In this document: positions 24,033-32,229 of the stretch, in pieces
Layout of the letters: every line of letters begins with the position of its first letter
How positions within the stretch are numbered: the stretch's first letter is position 1
Sequence record: DRR723986_1300
Reading direction: 5' to 3' (one strand)
DNA: 36,535 nucleotides
Program-made: the position numbers and the translations under genes
Notes under the pieces: generated by a model
The model's input: the letters and a program-made list of their open reading frames with translations, nothing else
Database searches by the model: none
Told to the model about the DNA's origin: nothing

Positions 24033-26549
24033 CTAGCGACGCAGTGCCCGACGCGCGAGCAGGGAGATCAAGCCGATCAGGGCAAGGCTTAACCACAGAT
24101 AGGAGATGGGAATCGCCATCGGTTCACTGTCCGGGAAGCCCGGCGTGAAGATCAGAACCAGGGCGCGTGCGCTGTCATACAGCAGGGGCCCGGTTGTCGT
24201 GGCCGGAGAAGCCTCCGCCGTCACCGTGTCCAGGTGGAGGGTGGGGGACGGTCCGGTGACGCTCTCAGTGAACTGGCAGATGTAGCTGGAGCGCGGCGTA
24301 ATGAGCGCGCCAGTGGCGCAGTCGCCGCGCCCGTTAAGGTCGCCATAGATGCTATCAGTGAGCGCAGTCAGTCTCAGGGTTTCCAGTCCCGTGTTGTTCA
24401 CGGTAACCATGAATTGCACCGGACCGCCCGGCGCCCTGAGCAAGCGCGGAGAGGCGGTCTTGGTCACTACCATCCTGGAAGTCACCGGCAGGATGGTCAC
24501 GGTGGCATCATCGCTGGCCGATACCGTACCGCCTCCGCTGTAAGAGCCGGTGGCGGTTACCGTGTCGAGCAGCTGATCTCCGCCCGCCCCGGTCACGTCC
24601 ACGGTAAAGCTACAACTGTATACATCATTGGGATCGGGCGTCAGTACAGCACCTGTGGTGCAGGTGCTTCCTGCCAGGGCAGTGATGTCTCCGTAGGGGT
24701 TGTCCTGCAGGTCGGTAATCGTGATGTCCCCGGTCGGAGAGGCATTGATGACGTCTACAGTGAAGGTCACGCTGCCACCTGGCTCGGGGAGCGAGCTGGG
24801 GTTCGGGGTCTTGATCACGGCAAGGGCGGGAGGCAAGGGGGCGCCAGGGGTGGTGAGTTCCACCTGCGCGCGGGCGAAGGCCCTGACCTCGTTGCCATCG
24901 TCGTCCTCGCCGATGACCAGGATGGAGTCCACCTGGAATTCGCCGGCCACGCCGGTGAACTCGCCGACAAACAGGCAGCTGTAAATCTCCGAGGGTGCCA
25001 GGGTCTGGGGCACGGTACAGTTGCTGAACGAGATAGCCGGGTTAGCCGGGTCGGTCATGTCGCCATATACGTCATCGTTCAATGAGTTGATGTCGATACT
25101 GTCCGCGGTCGAGGTATTCTGTACATCCAGACGGAAGGCAAACAGCCCGCCGGGCGCGTCGCGTGAATCTGGGAACGCGCGTTTTTGCGCGTCGAGGAAT
25201 GCAGGCGCATCAAGAATGGTGACGGTGGCGTCGTCGCTCCCGATCGCCGTTGCCGTGCCACTGTCGCCGGTTGCGGTGATGACGTCGGTAATGGTGTCAC
25301 CGGGCTGACCTGACACGGGCTCGCGGAAAGCACAGACAAACCGCTCTGTTGGCGCAAGGACGCTATTGAGGAAATTCGGGCAGACAACGCCCAGGCCAAA
25401 AACATCACCATAGATGTTGTCGTCGAGATCGGTAATGGTCAGGGTTTCGATATCCGAGGTGTTGGTCACCTCAACCACATAAAGTACGGTTCCGCCCGGC
25501 TCTTGAATCGCGCTGGGGAAGGCGAACTTCGCCACGCTGACTGTGGGAGGGGTGGGATCGGTTGCGCCGATGATCTCAACCACGGCGCTGTCAGAGCCAC
25601 TGACGACTGTGCCTTCGTTATCCTCGGCTACCGCCGTGACCGTGTCGGTCTCGGTATAGCCATCTACTCCGTTAACGTTGGCAATGAAGCGGCAGCTATA
25701 CGTGGTGCCCGGGGCAATGATCTGAGGCACGGAACAGGTGCCCCGCCCGTTCAGGTTGCCATGAACGTCATCGACCAACGAGGTGAGGCGCAGTGGGTCG
25801 GTGTCGGAGGAAGTATTGCCCACCGAGACAAGAAACACGACTGGCCCACCCGGTTCCTGCAGGGTTTGTGGTGCGGCGCCCTTTTCCACTTCCAGGGTTG
25901 GCGGCGGCTCGACCGTTATTGGCAGGTTGAAGTCCGGTGCGAGCTGGCACTTGGAGCTCTGGACGGGGAAGAATTGCGTTGGATCGTCGGGATCATTACA
26001 GACGTCCTGGTTGGCGTTCTGGCTCCACACCACCAGGCCATTGATATCGACATCGCCATCCCCGTCCCGGTCCTGGCACAGCACCGAGCCCAATGAGATC
26101 AGGCGGTAATTTTCGCCATCGCTGGCGGCAATATCACCACAGGCGTCACCCTCAAGGTCGCGGAAGGGACCCATGCCGGCGGGGTCGGTACCTCTGAACA
26201 GCGCATCCACATCGGTTTGTGGCGTCAGGCTGCTAAAGCTGCAACTGCTGCCGCCGATGACTTCCGCCCCGTTGTCGCCGACAAAAAATCCAACGTCGTA
26301 ACGCTGGTTTGCGGTGGCGGTGAGACCCACCAGCAGGTCAATGGCAATCGTCTCGCCTATCGTGCATTCGTCCGGCCCCTTGACGACAACACCGGTAACT
26401 GTGAAGTCTCCTGCGGTGCACAGTTGGCCGTTGCCGAAACTCGGCGGACAGCTACCGGCTTGCGCCTGAGCCCCGCTGGCGGCCAGAGTCAGCCAGGCCA
26501 GCGCTGATACAAGGCTGAAGAAGGATGTGAAGGCGCTGGTGATTGTCAT
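24033..26549 (-). CDS. Secreted surface protein with five DUF11-like Ig repeats and a C-terminal sorting/anchor tail
   Basis: Signal peptide ending AQA; Cys-rich N-terminal domain; five repeats; tail AIPISYLW + transmembrane segment + RRALRR. Start placed at ATG 26549. Confidence 0.8.
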   Translation of the reverse strand: MTITSAFTSFFSLVSALAWLTLAASGAQAQAGSCPPSFGNGQLCTAGDFTVTGVVVKGPDECTIGETIAIDLLVGLTATANQRYDVGFFVGDNGAEVIGGSSCSFSSLTPQTDVDALFRGTDPAGMGPFRDLEGDACGDIAASDGENYRLISLGSVLCQDRDGDGDVDINGLVVWSQNANQDVCNDPDDPTQFFPVQSSKCQLAPDFNLPITVEPPPTLEVEKGAAPQTLQEPGGPVVFLVSVGNTSSDTDPLRLTSLVDDVHGNLNGRGTCSVPQIIAPGTTYSCRFIANVNGVDGYTETDTVTAVAEDNEGTVVSGSDSAVVEIIGATDPTPPTVSVAKFAFPSAIQEPGGTVLYVVEVTNTSDIETLTITDLDDNIYGDVFGLGVVCPNFLNSVLAPTERFVCAFREPVSGQPGDTITDVITATGDSGTATAIGSDDATVTILDAPAFLDAQKRAFPDSRDAPGGLFAFRLDVQNTSTADSIDINSLNDDVYGDMTDPANPAISFSNCTVPQTLAPSEIYSCLFVGEFTGVAGEFQVDSILVIGEDDDGNEVRAFARAQVELTTPGAPLPPALAVIKTPNPSSLPEPGGSVTFTVDVINASPTGDITITDLQDNPYGDITALAGSTCTTGAVLTPDPNDVYSCSFTVDVTGAGGDQLLDTVTATGSYSGGGTVSASDDATVTILPVTSRMVVTKTASPRLLRAPGGPVQFMVTVNNTGLETLRLTALTDSIYGDLNGRGDCATGALITPRSSYICQFTESVTGPSPTLHLDTVTAEASPATTTGPLLYDSARALVLIFTPGFPDSEPMAIPISYLWLSLALIGLISLLARRALRR
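24150..25907 (-). repeat. Five tandem intragenic protein repeats of about 115 aa
   Basis: Consensus K...P....PGG.V.F.V.V.N.S......L.D..YG....C......P...Y.C.F....G.....D.VTA......D.A.V seen five times; boundaries approximate. Confidence 0.8.
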
Positions 26550-26687
26550 AGTCAACACCAAATCTCGAAGCCCAGAAGTGTTTAAGTCTAGCACTTAGTC
26601 CCGATTTGGGTGAGGCATGGCGGAAAGGTCAGATTTGGCCCTGGATGGATCCCCGCCGGGTTATTGCAGAGGAGCAGGACGGGGGTT

Positions 26688-28274
26688 TTACCCCTCGAAC
26701 TCCCGCGCATAGACCTCGAATCCGCAGTTGTAGCCCGGCAGGAAGGTAACACCCGGGCCCGGGTGGCAGGCCGAACCGCAGAGGTAGAGCCCGGGGATTG
26801 GCGTCTGGTGGGCTGAACCCGCGACCAGCGCCCGCTCACCGAGCATATTTTCCGGATGGATCAGCCCGTGGGTGAAGTCGCCTTCGGTGGCGCCGTGCAT
26901 GCTGGCGAAATGGTCGGAGGAGAACACGGCTTGCTCGACGATGCGCTCACGAAAATCCGGCAGGTAGGATGAGATGGTGGCGATCACTTGCTCCGCCATC
27001 CGGTCGCGAAGTTTACCGCGCTCTTCCCGCGGCGCCTTGCAGGGGAAGCAAAAGCCGTAAGCACTGGCGATATGCTGGCCCGTCGGCGCCAGGGTCGGAT
27101 CTTCAATGCTGGGAATCTGGAAGGCGACCGGCATGCTCGCCGGCAGCTCACCGCTGTCGCATTCGGTAAAGCTCTGCTGTAACACCTCCGGACTATCGAC
27201 CATCGCGCCACCGAAACGGTGGTGAATATCCCGATTGAGCCAGGCCCATTCACCGCCGTAACTGGGCAGGCCATCGAGGCGGAACAGCATGTGCACCCAG
27301 GCACCCCGGTGTTCCGAGGCATCGATCCGTTCCTGCAGTGGCGGTTCCAGGTAGGGTTCACCCACCAGCCGATTAAAGGTGGCCGGCTTGTCCAGATTGG
27401 ATAGCACTACCGGAGCGCGCAGGGTTTCCCCGCCTTTCATGAGCACGCCGGTGGCGCGGCCATCTTCGATCAACACATGGTCGACAATCGCCTTCATCCG
27501 CAACTCGCCCCCGGCGGCGACGAAGCTACGGGCGAGACTTTCACTCAGGCTGCCGATGCCGCCTTTCACCCGGCGCATCAGCCCGCCGTCGCCGCTCTGG
27601 GCAAAGGTGTAGACCAGGCACAGGGCGGAGCCTGGCGTGTACGGGCCCTTGTAGGTTGACTGAATCGCAGCAAAGGCCAGCAGGCTTCTGATCGTGCGAT
27701 GCTTTGGCGTATCGGGAAAGAAGCGGTCGATGAGATCCATCGCCGAGCCGGTGTAGGTCAGTTGCAATTGCTCGCGGGCCGTGTCGTTCGGTGCTTCCGC
27801 CAGTAGCTGGGCCAGTGATTTTGGCGGGCGGCCCGGGGTAAAGCGGTCCATCACGCTGACGGGGTAGCTGATGAAGCGGGCCAGGCGAATAAAACCGAGC
27901 AGCACGCCTGGCCCGTGGTCACGCAGCAAGTGCCAGAACTGGCGAGCACGCTTGCTGTAAAACATCAGTGGTTTGGTGCCGGTACCGGCGAGATTGATTG
28001 CCATGACCGGCAGTTCGATAAACTCGGCCCCGTTCTGCTCGAACTGGAAATAGTCGAGGATCTCGTCGGCGATGGGAAACAGGCAGCTCGCGCCGACTTC
28101 GTTGCGACAGCCCTTGAAAATTTCGCGGGTGCCGGCCATACCGCCGACATAGTTGTTCTTCTCCAGCACCAGCACGCTGACGCCCTTGTCCGCGAGTACC
28201 TTGGCAGCGGCCAGGCCATTGTGGCCGGCGCCGATCACGATCACGTCGTAAGCTTGCTGCGGGTTTTCTGGCAT
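26688..28274 (-). CDS. Third COG1233 FAD-dependent oxidoreductase
   Basis: YDVIVIGAGHNGL, VKGGIGSL, GDFTHG, LYLCGSACHPGPGV; start at MPENPQ (28274). Confidence 0.85.
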   Translation of the reverse strand: MPENPQQAYDVIVIGAGHNGLAAAKVLADKGVSVLVLEKNNYVGGMAGTREIFKGCRNEVGASCLFPIADEILDYFQFEQNGAEFIELPVMAINLAGTGTKPLMFYSKRARQFWHLLRDHGPGVLLGFIRLARFISYPVSVMDRFTPGRPPKSLAQLLAEAPNDTAREQLQLTYTGSAMDLIDRFFPDTPKHRTIRSLLAFAAIQSTYKGPYTPGSALCLVYTFAQSGDGGLMRRVKGGIGSLSESLARSFVAAGGELRMKAIVDHVLIEDGRATGVLMKGGETLRAPVVLSNLDKPATFNRLVGEPYLEPPLQERIDASEHRGAWVHMLFRLDGLPSYGGEWAWLNRDIHHRFGGAMVDSPEVLQQSFTECDSGELPASMPVAFQIPSIEDPTLAPTGQHIASAYGFCFPCKAPREERGKLRDRMAEQVIATISSYLPDFRERIVEQAVFSSDHFASMHGATEGDFTHGLIHPENMLGERALVAGSAHQTPIPGLYLCGSACHPGPGVTFLPGYNCGFEVYAREFEG

Positions 28275-28414
28275 GGAGCGGCTCCGGGGTAGGTCAGCTG
28301 GTAAACCGGCAGGCCTATATTGCAGCTTGCACGGTCGGCGGGCAAGCAAGCGCTGGCGCTGTAAGTGACTCCCCGGCTGGCCTATAGTGCGCCTTTTAAC
28401 GGCGGATTGTTGTT

Positions 28415-29152
28415 ATGGCCAGCTTCAAGGCGACTGTACGCAAGGTGCACAGAACCCTCGCTTACCTCGTGTTTGCCCAGATCACCCTGTGGGTCCTCGG
28501 CGGTGTGGTTTTTTCCATTGTGCCCTTCGACTCGGTGGTCAAGGGTGGTGCGGTGATCGGCCCGCAGCCGGCCCCGGCCTTTCCATCCAGCTGGGCGCAG
28601 GACTTGCAGGCGCACAGCCGCGAGTTGCCCGATATGCAGGCGGTAACAGCTCACCACAGCGGTCAGGGGCCGCTCTACGAGCTGCGCGCTGGCGAGTCCA
28701 GCCGCTATATCCGGATGGTCGACGGGCAGGTCGCCGAGCAGCCCTCGCCAGAGCAGATGGCAAGCTTCGCCGCAGCGCTTTACCAGGGTGAGGCGGCGAT
28801 CACCGCTACGCGTTATCTGTCTGCCCCGGAGTACCGCTACCTGGGCCTGGTCGATGAGTTATACGGGCGCACCGGCGTCTGGCAGGTCAGTTTCGACGAT
28901 GGCTACCGCACCCGCCTGTACTTTGACGGGGAAACCGGTCGCTACCTGACGGTGCGCAACGATTTCTGGGTGTTGTATGACGCGCTGTGGCGCCTGCACA
29001 TCATGGATTACAGCGACGGTGAAGACTTCAACAATATCCTGTTGCGCGTGGTGACGCCGCTGACCCTGATCTTCGTGGTATCCGGTCTGATCCTCACCGG
29101 CCAGGCCGGCCTGCGCGTCTTGCGCAGGCGCGGATCCGGGGTCAGGGCCTGA
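28415..29152 (+). CDS. PepSY-associated TM helix protein
   Basis: N-terminal RKVHRTL...WVLGG transmembrane segment, WQVSFDD..TRLYFDGETG, LWRLHIMDY and a C-terminal transmembrane segment ending in SG. Confidence 0.8.
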   Translation: MASFKATVRKVHRTLAYLVFAQITLWVLGGVVFSIVPFDSVVKGGAVIGPQPAPAFPSSWAQDLQAHSRELPDMQAVTAHHSGQGPLYELRAGESSRYIRMVDGQVAEQPSPEQMASFAAALYQGEAAITATRYLSAPEYRYLGLVDELYGRTGVWQVSFDDGYRTRLYFDGETGRYLTVRNDFWVLYDALWRLHIMDYSDGEDFNNILLRVVTPLTLIFVVSGLILTGQAGLRVLRRRGSGVRA

Positions 29153-29159
29153 GGGTCGG

Positions 29160-30395
29160 TCAGATGGATTCCCGCGGGATATCGAAGTGGTTCTCGTAGT
29201 TCGCGAACATCGCGCGCAGTTCCTCCAGGTCCAGGCCGGTGTCGGCCAATTGGTACAGATGCTTGCCGAACTTGTCCGCCGGGTTGTCGTCGAGGAAGGC
29301 CTGCATCGCGTTCGCGGCCTGATCTGACAGGGTCAAGTCGAAGTGCGCATAGGCGCGTCGCACTGTGCCCACCTGGTCCGCCATAAAATCCCGGAAGTAG
29401 AGATCGACCACTTGCTCAGGCGGTAATTTACCCGACTGGCGGTAGGCCACCGTGTTGTCATAGCCCTGGGCGAGTGCCTCAGCATAGTAAGCCGCTACCG
29501 TAGGCAGGTTCGCATAGTCGCTGCCCAGGCCCTGCAGGGTCGCGGCCAGGTTGCTCATGGAAATCACGGTCTTCACCGGGTCCCGGTGGGTTTGCACGAA
29601 CAGGGCGTCAGGGTATTCCCGGTGCACGTGCTCCAGGTGCCACATGTGCTGGGGCGACTTCAGTGCCCAGCGCTTGCCCGGACATTTCCACTGCAGGATC
29701 TGCAGGAAGCGCCGATGCCACTTGAAGGCGGATTCCATAGCGTTGGCGCAGACCCAGCGATCGTAGGTGGGCACGTTGAACTGTACGTAGTAGACCATCG
29801 AGGTCAGGTCGTGTGCGGTCATCGCCACACACTCCTGCGCCCGTTGCGCGCCCATGGGGTGCATGGTCTTGAACTCCGGCAGCAGCTGGTCGACCCGGTC
29901 GAGGTCGGCGGTGACCCGGGCAATGCGCGGGTCCGAAGTGTAGGTCGCGGTTTCCGGCGGCGGCAGGGGATAAGACGCCTCCCAGGCCAGGGGCACGCGG
30001 TTGTCCGGGTCCATCGCCAGCAGGTCGTGGAAGATGGTGGTGCCCGAGCGGGGCGGCCCGACCACGAACAGGGGGCGTTCCACGGGCTGCTCGGCAATCT
30101 CGGGATGACGCGTCAGCAAGTCGACCATACCGAGGCGGTTCTCCAGGGTTCGCAGCAGGTCGGTTCGAGCGATCATCCGTCCCAGGATGGACAGTCGCGC
30201 CTCGCCCTCAAGGCTGGTCAGTAACAATTTCAGCGGCGCCTCGAAGTCGTCCTCCCCGAAATCACTGAGGCCGGTGTTGGCGCGGGCCTTGTTCAGCAGG
30301 CCGTCGAAGCTGAGGTCGACCGGGTGGAGGCCCACGGCTTGTGCGCCGCGCCCTCCGAGATTCATAAGACGTATCGCCAGTGGCAGGCGGCTCAT
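29160..30395 (-). CDS. Sulfotransferase family protein (Sulfotransfer_3, mycobacterial Stf-like)
   Basis: VVGPPRSGTTIFHDLL, WALKSPQH, THRDPVKTVIS. Confidence 0.9.
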   Translation of the reverse strand: MSRLPLAIRLMNLGGRGAQAVGLHPVDLSFDGLLNKARANTGLSDFGEDDFEAPLKLLLTSLEGEARLSILGRMIARTDLLRTLENRLGMVDLLTRHPEIAEQPVERPLFVVGPPRSGTTIFHDLLAMDPDNRVPLAWEASYPLPPPETATYTSDPRIARVTADLDRVDQLLPEFKTMHPMGAQRAQECVAMTAHDLTSMVYYVQFNVPTYDRWVCANAMESAFKWHRRFLQILQWKCPGKRWALKSPQHMWHLEHVHREYPDALFVQTHRDPVKTVISMSNLAATLQGLGSDYANLPTVAAYYAEALAQGYDNTVAYRQSGKLPPEQVVDLYFRDFMADQVGTVRRAYAHFDLTLSDQAANAMQAFLDDNPADKFGKHLYQLADTGLDLEELRAMFANYENHFDIPRESI

Positions 30396-30396
30396 C

Positions 30397-31512
30397 TCAA
30401 TTCCCCAGGTCGCTGAATTTCACCACCGAGGCCTGCGGTGTCTCCACCTCGCCCTCAACCATGAAGTAACGCCAGAACACCAGCCCGAACAGCCGGCCCT
30501 CGGTATCGATCCAGTTAGGGACCCCCGGGTCCTCGTGGGCCAGCACCACCGTGAAACTGCCGTCGGGCTCGAGTTCCGTCTGGCTGCGGTTGAGGGCGAC
30601 CTGGCGGTTGCGGTAATCCAGGGTCTGCTGGAAGCGGTTCCACAGGGCCACGCTGGCGAAGCTGCAGCTGGGCCAGCGGCCGCTGATGACCAGCGCTTCA
30701 TCGGCGTTGATAAAGAAGGGGGCCATGGAGTAGTGCGCGTCGGCGGCGGCCAGGCCGAAGTCTGCCGGCGGCTGGGGCTGCGGGAACTGGTTGGGCACCA
30801 GGGAGACGAAGCCGGGCGGCTGGGTATTGGCCATCGGCGGCATGCCGAGGGTGCGGCTATGCAGGGCGTTGGACACCCGGCGGATACCGGCGGCAATGCT
30901 GGCGTCATTCGGCGGCGGTGGCGCCTGGCTGGCGCTCAGGCACTCAATGCGCATGCGTGGCTCCAGCGCCGGGTCCAGCGCTGCGGGTGACGTCTGCTCG
31001 TAGTAATGCCTGGTGGTGAGACGGGAGGCCCCGGGGGACAGGGCGAGCCAGTTCTTCGCCCGCGGTTCACCGCCGAGGTACAGGGTGAAACTGCCGTTAC
31101 TGTCGACATCCATATCGGTGTTGTTGATAACGCCTGCAGTATTGCTCGCCATATGACCTTCCTCCATGCCTTCCTCGATGGTCAGGGAGAAGTAGACCGC
31201 GCCCTGCATCGAGCCGTGCAGCACATAGGCGTGTTCCGGCGACAGGGGGGCGTCGAAGTAGATTGCGTCCTGGTTGTCGCCGGTAAGCTTGCGACTGGGG
31301 GTGACGATGCGGCGCAGGTCCGGGCTGGCGGCATCCTGCTCGAAGTAGCCCACCAGGCTGGCCTCCAGGGTATGCATCAGCGCGCGGTGGGAGTCGGCCA
31401 CGTCTTCCGGCGAGTGGAGATTCCACTCCGGGCCGGACCAGCGCTGGTCGATTTCCTGCAATAGGGCGATGAATTCCTGCAGCGCGCTGCGGCTCTCGGT
31501 TGTTATGCTCAT
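30397..31512 (-). CDS. DUF1214-domain protein
   Basis: GDNQDAIY, LWNRFQQTLDY, DGSFTVVLAHEDPGVPNWIDTEG; AAGGAG SD before ATG 31512; stop 1 nt before the sulfotransferase start. Confidence 0.75.
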   Translation of the reverse strand: MSITTESRSALQEFIALLQEIDQRWSGPEWNLHSPEDVADSHRALMHTLEASLVGYFEQDAASPDLRRIVTPSRKLTGDNQDAIYFDAPLSPEHAYVLHGSMQGAVYFSLTIEEGMEEGHMASNTAGVINNTDMDVDSNGSFTLYLGGEPRAKNWLALSPGASRLTTRHYYEQTSPAALDPALEPRMRIECLSASQAPPPPNDASIAAGIRRVSNALHSRTLGMPPMANTQPPGFVSLVPNQFPQPQPPADFGLAAADAHYSMAPFFINADEALVISGRWPSCSFASVALWNRFQQTLDYRNRQVALNRSQTELEPDGSFTVVLAHEDPGVPNWIDTEGRLFGLVFWRYFMVEGEVETPQASVVKFSDLGN

Positions 31513-31648
31513 AGGGGCTCCTTGACGCCTGGGGCCGCATCGGCGGCCGCCGTGAATTATTGTTGTACCCGGATACTGAAGTGCCCGCGCCAAAATCGCA
31601 ATCGCTGCGCGCTGGCCCGAACGCCGGGGGTGGGCGGTTTTGGGTCGC

Positions 31649-31679
31649 TTGACCTTCCAGTGGTGGGAAGGTGTAGTAT
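31649..31679 (+). promoter_or_regulatory. CueR-type (MerR family) copper-responsive sigma70 promoter
   Basis: -35 TTGACC (31649-31654), 19-bp spacer, -10 TAGTAT (31674-31679); dyad ACCTTCC-N7-GGAAGGT (31652-31672) matches the canonical CueR box. Confidence 0.92.
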
Positions 31680-31712
31680 TCAACGCTTGGATTTCAACGG
31701 CGGGTCACTGCC

Positions 31713-32105
31713 TTGCACAACGGGACACGAAAAGCGGTTCACTGGGTACTGGCGCTGGTCATCTGGGGTCAGGCCCTGGCTGCTGTCGCCTTGCCCTGTG
31801 GCAGCGTTCCCGAGCTGCCCGCCGAGCATGCCAGTGTTGCCGCCGATATCGATCCCCACGCCGGACACCATGCGGCCGCCAGCACCGATGCATCCGCTCA
31901 CGCCGACCACGGCATGGATGAGGCAGGTATGTCCTGCTGTGACGGCGGCTACTGCTCCGCCAATGGTTGCCTCTCCCTGCCGGCCGTTACCTCACCGTTG
32001 GCGATACGTCACGCGCTGGCGACCGGCACCATGCCGGCATCGATCACACCCCTGTTCCAATCCCTGGCCCTGACCGCCCTGTTCCGTCCCCCTGCTGTCG
32101 CCTGA
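31713..32105 (+). CDS. CopL/CutF/DUF2946-like small metal-binding leader protein
   Basis: TTG start, signal-like segment, His-rich tract, CCDGGYCSANGC, C-terminal LFRPP; first ORF after the CueR promoter. Confidence 0.75.
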   Translation: MHNGTRKAVHWVLALVIWGQALAAVALPCGSVPELPAEHASVAADIDPHAGHHAAASTDASAHADHGMDEAGMSCCDGGYCSANGCLSLPAVTSPLAIRHALATGTMPASITPLFQSLALTALFRPPAVA

Positions 32106-32229
32106 CACAGGACAGCTGCGCCCGCCGTTCGCGTGAGGGCAGCCAACCCAGCCGATATTACTCGCTGAGCTGACTTCAGCGGCCCCGTCTTTGCGGTGGC
32201 CGGGAGTCTGTGACAGGACGGAACAGAAC

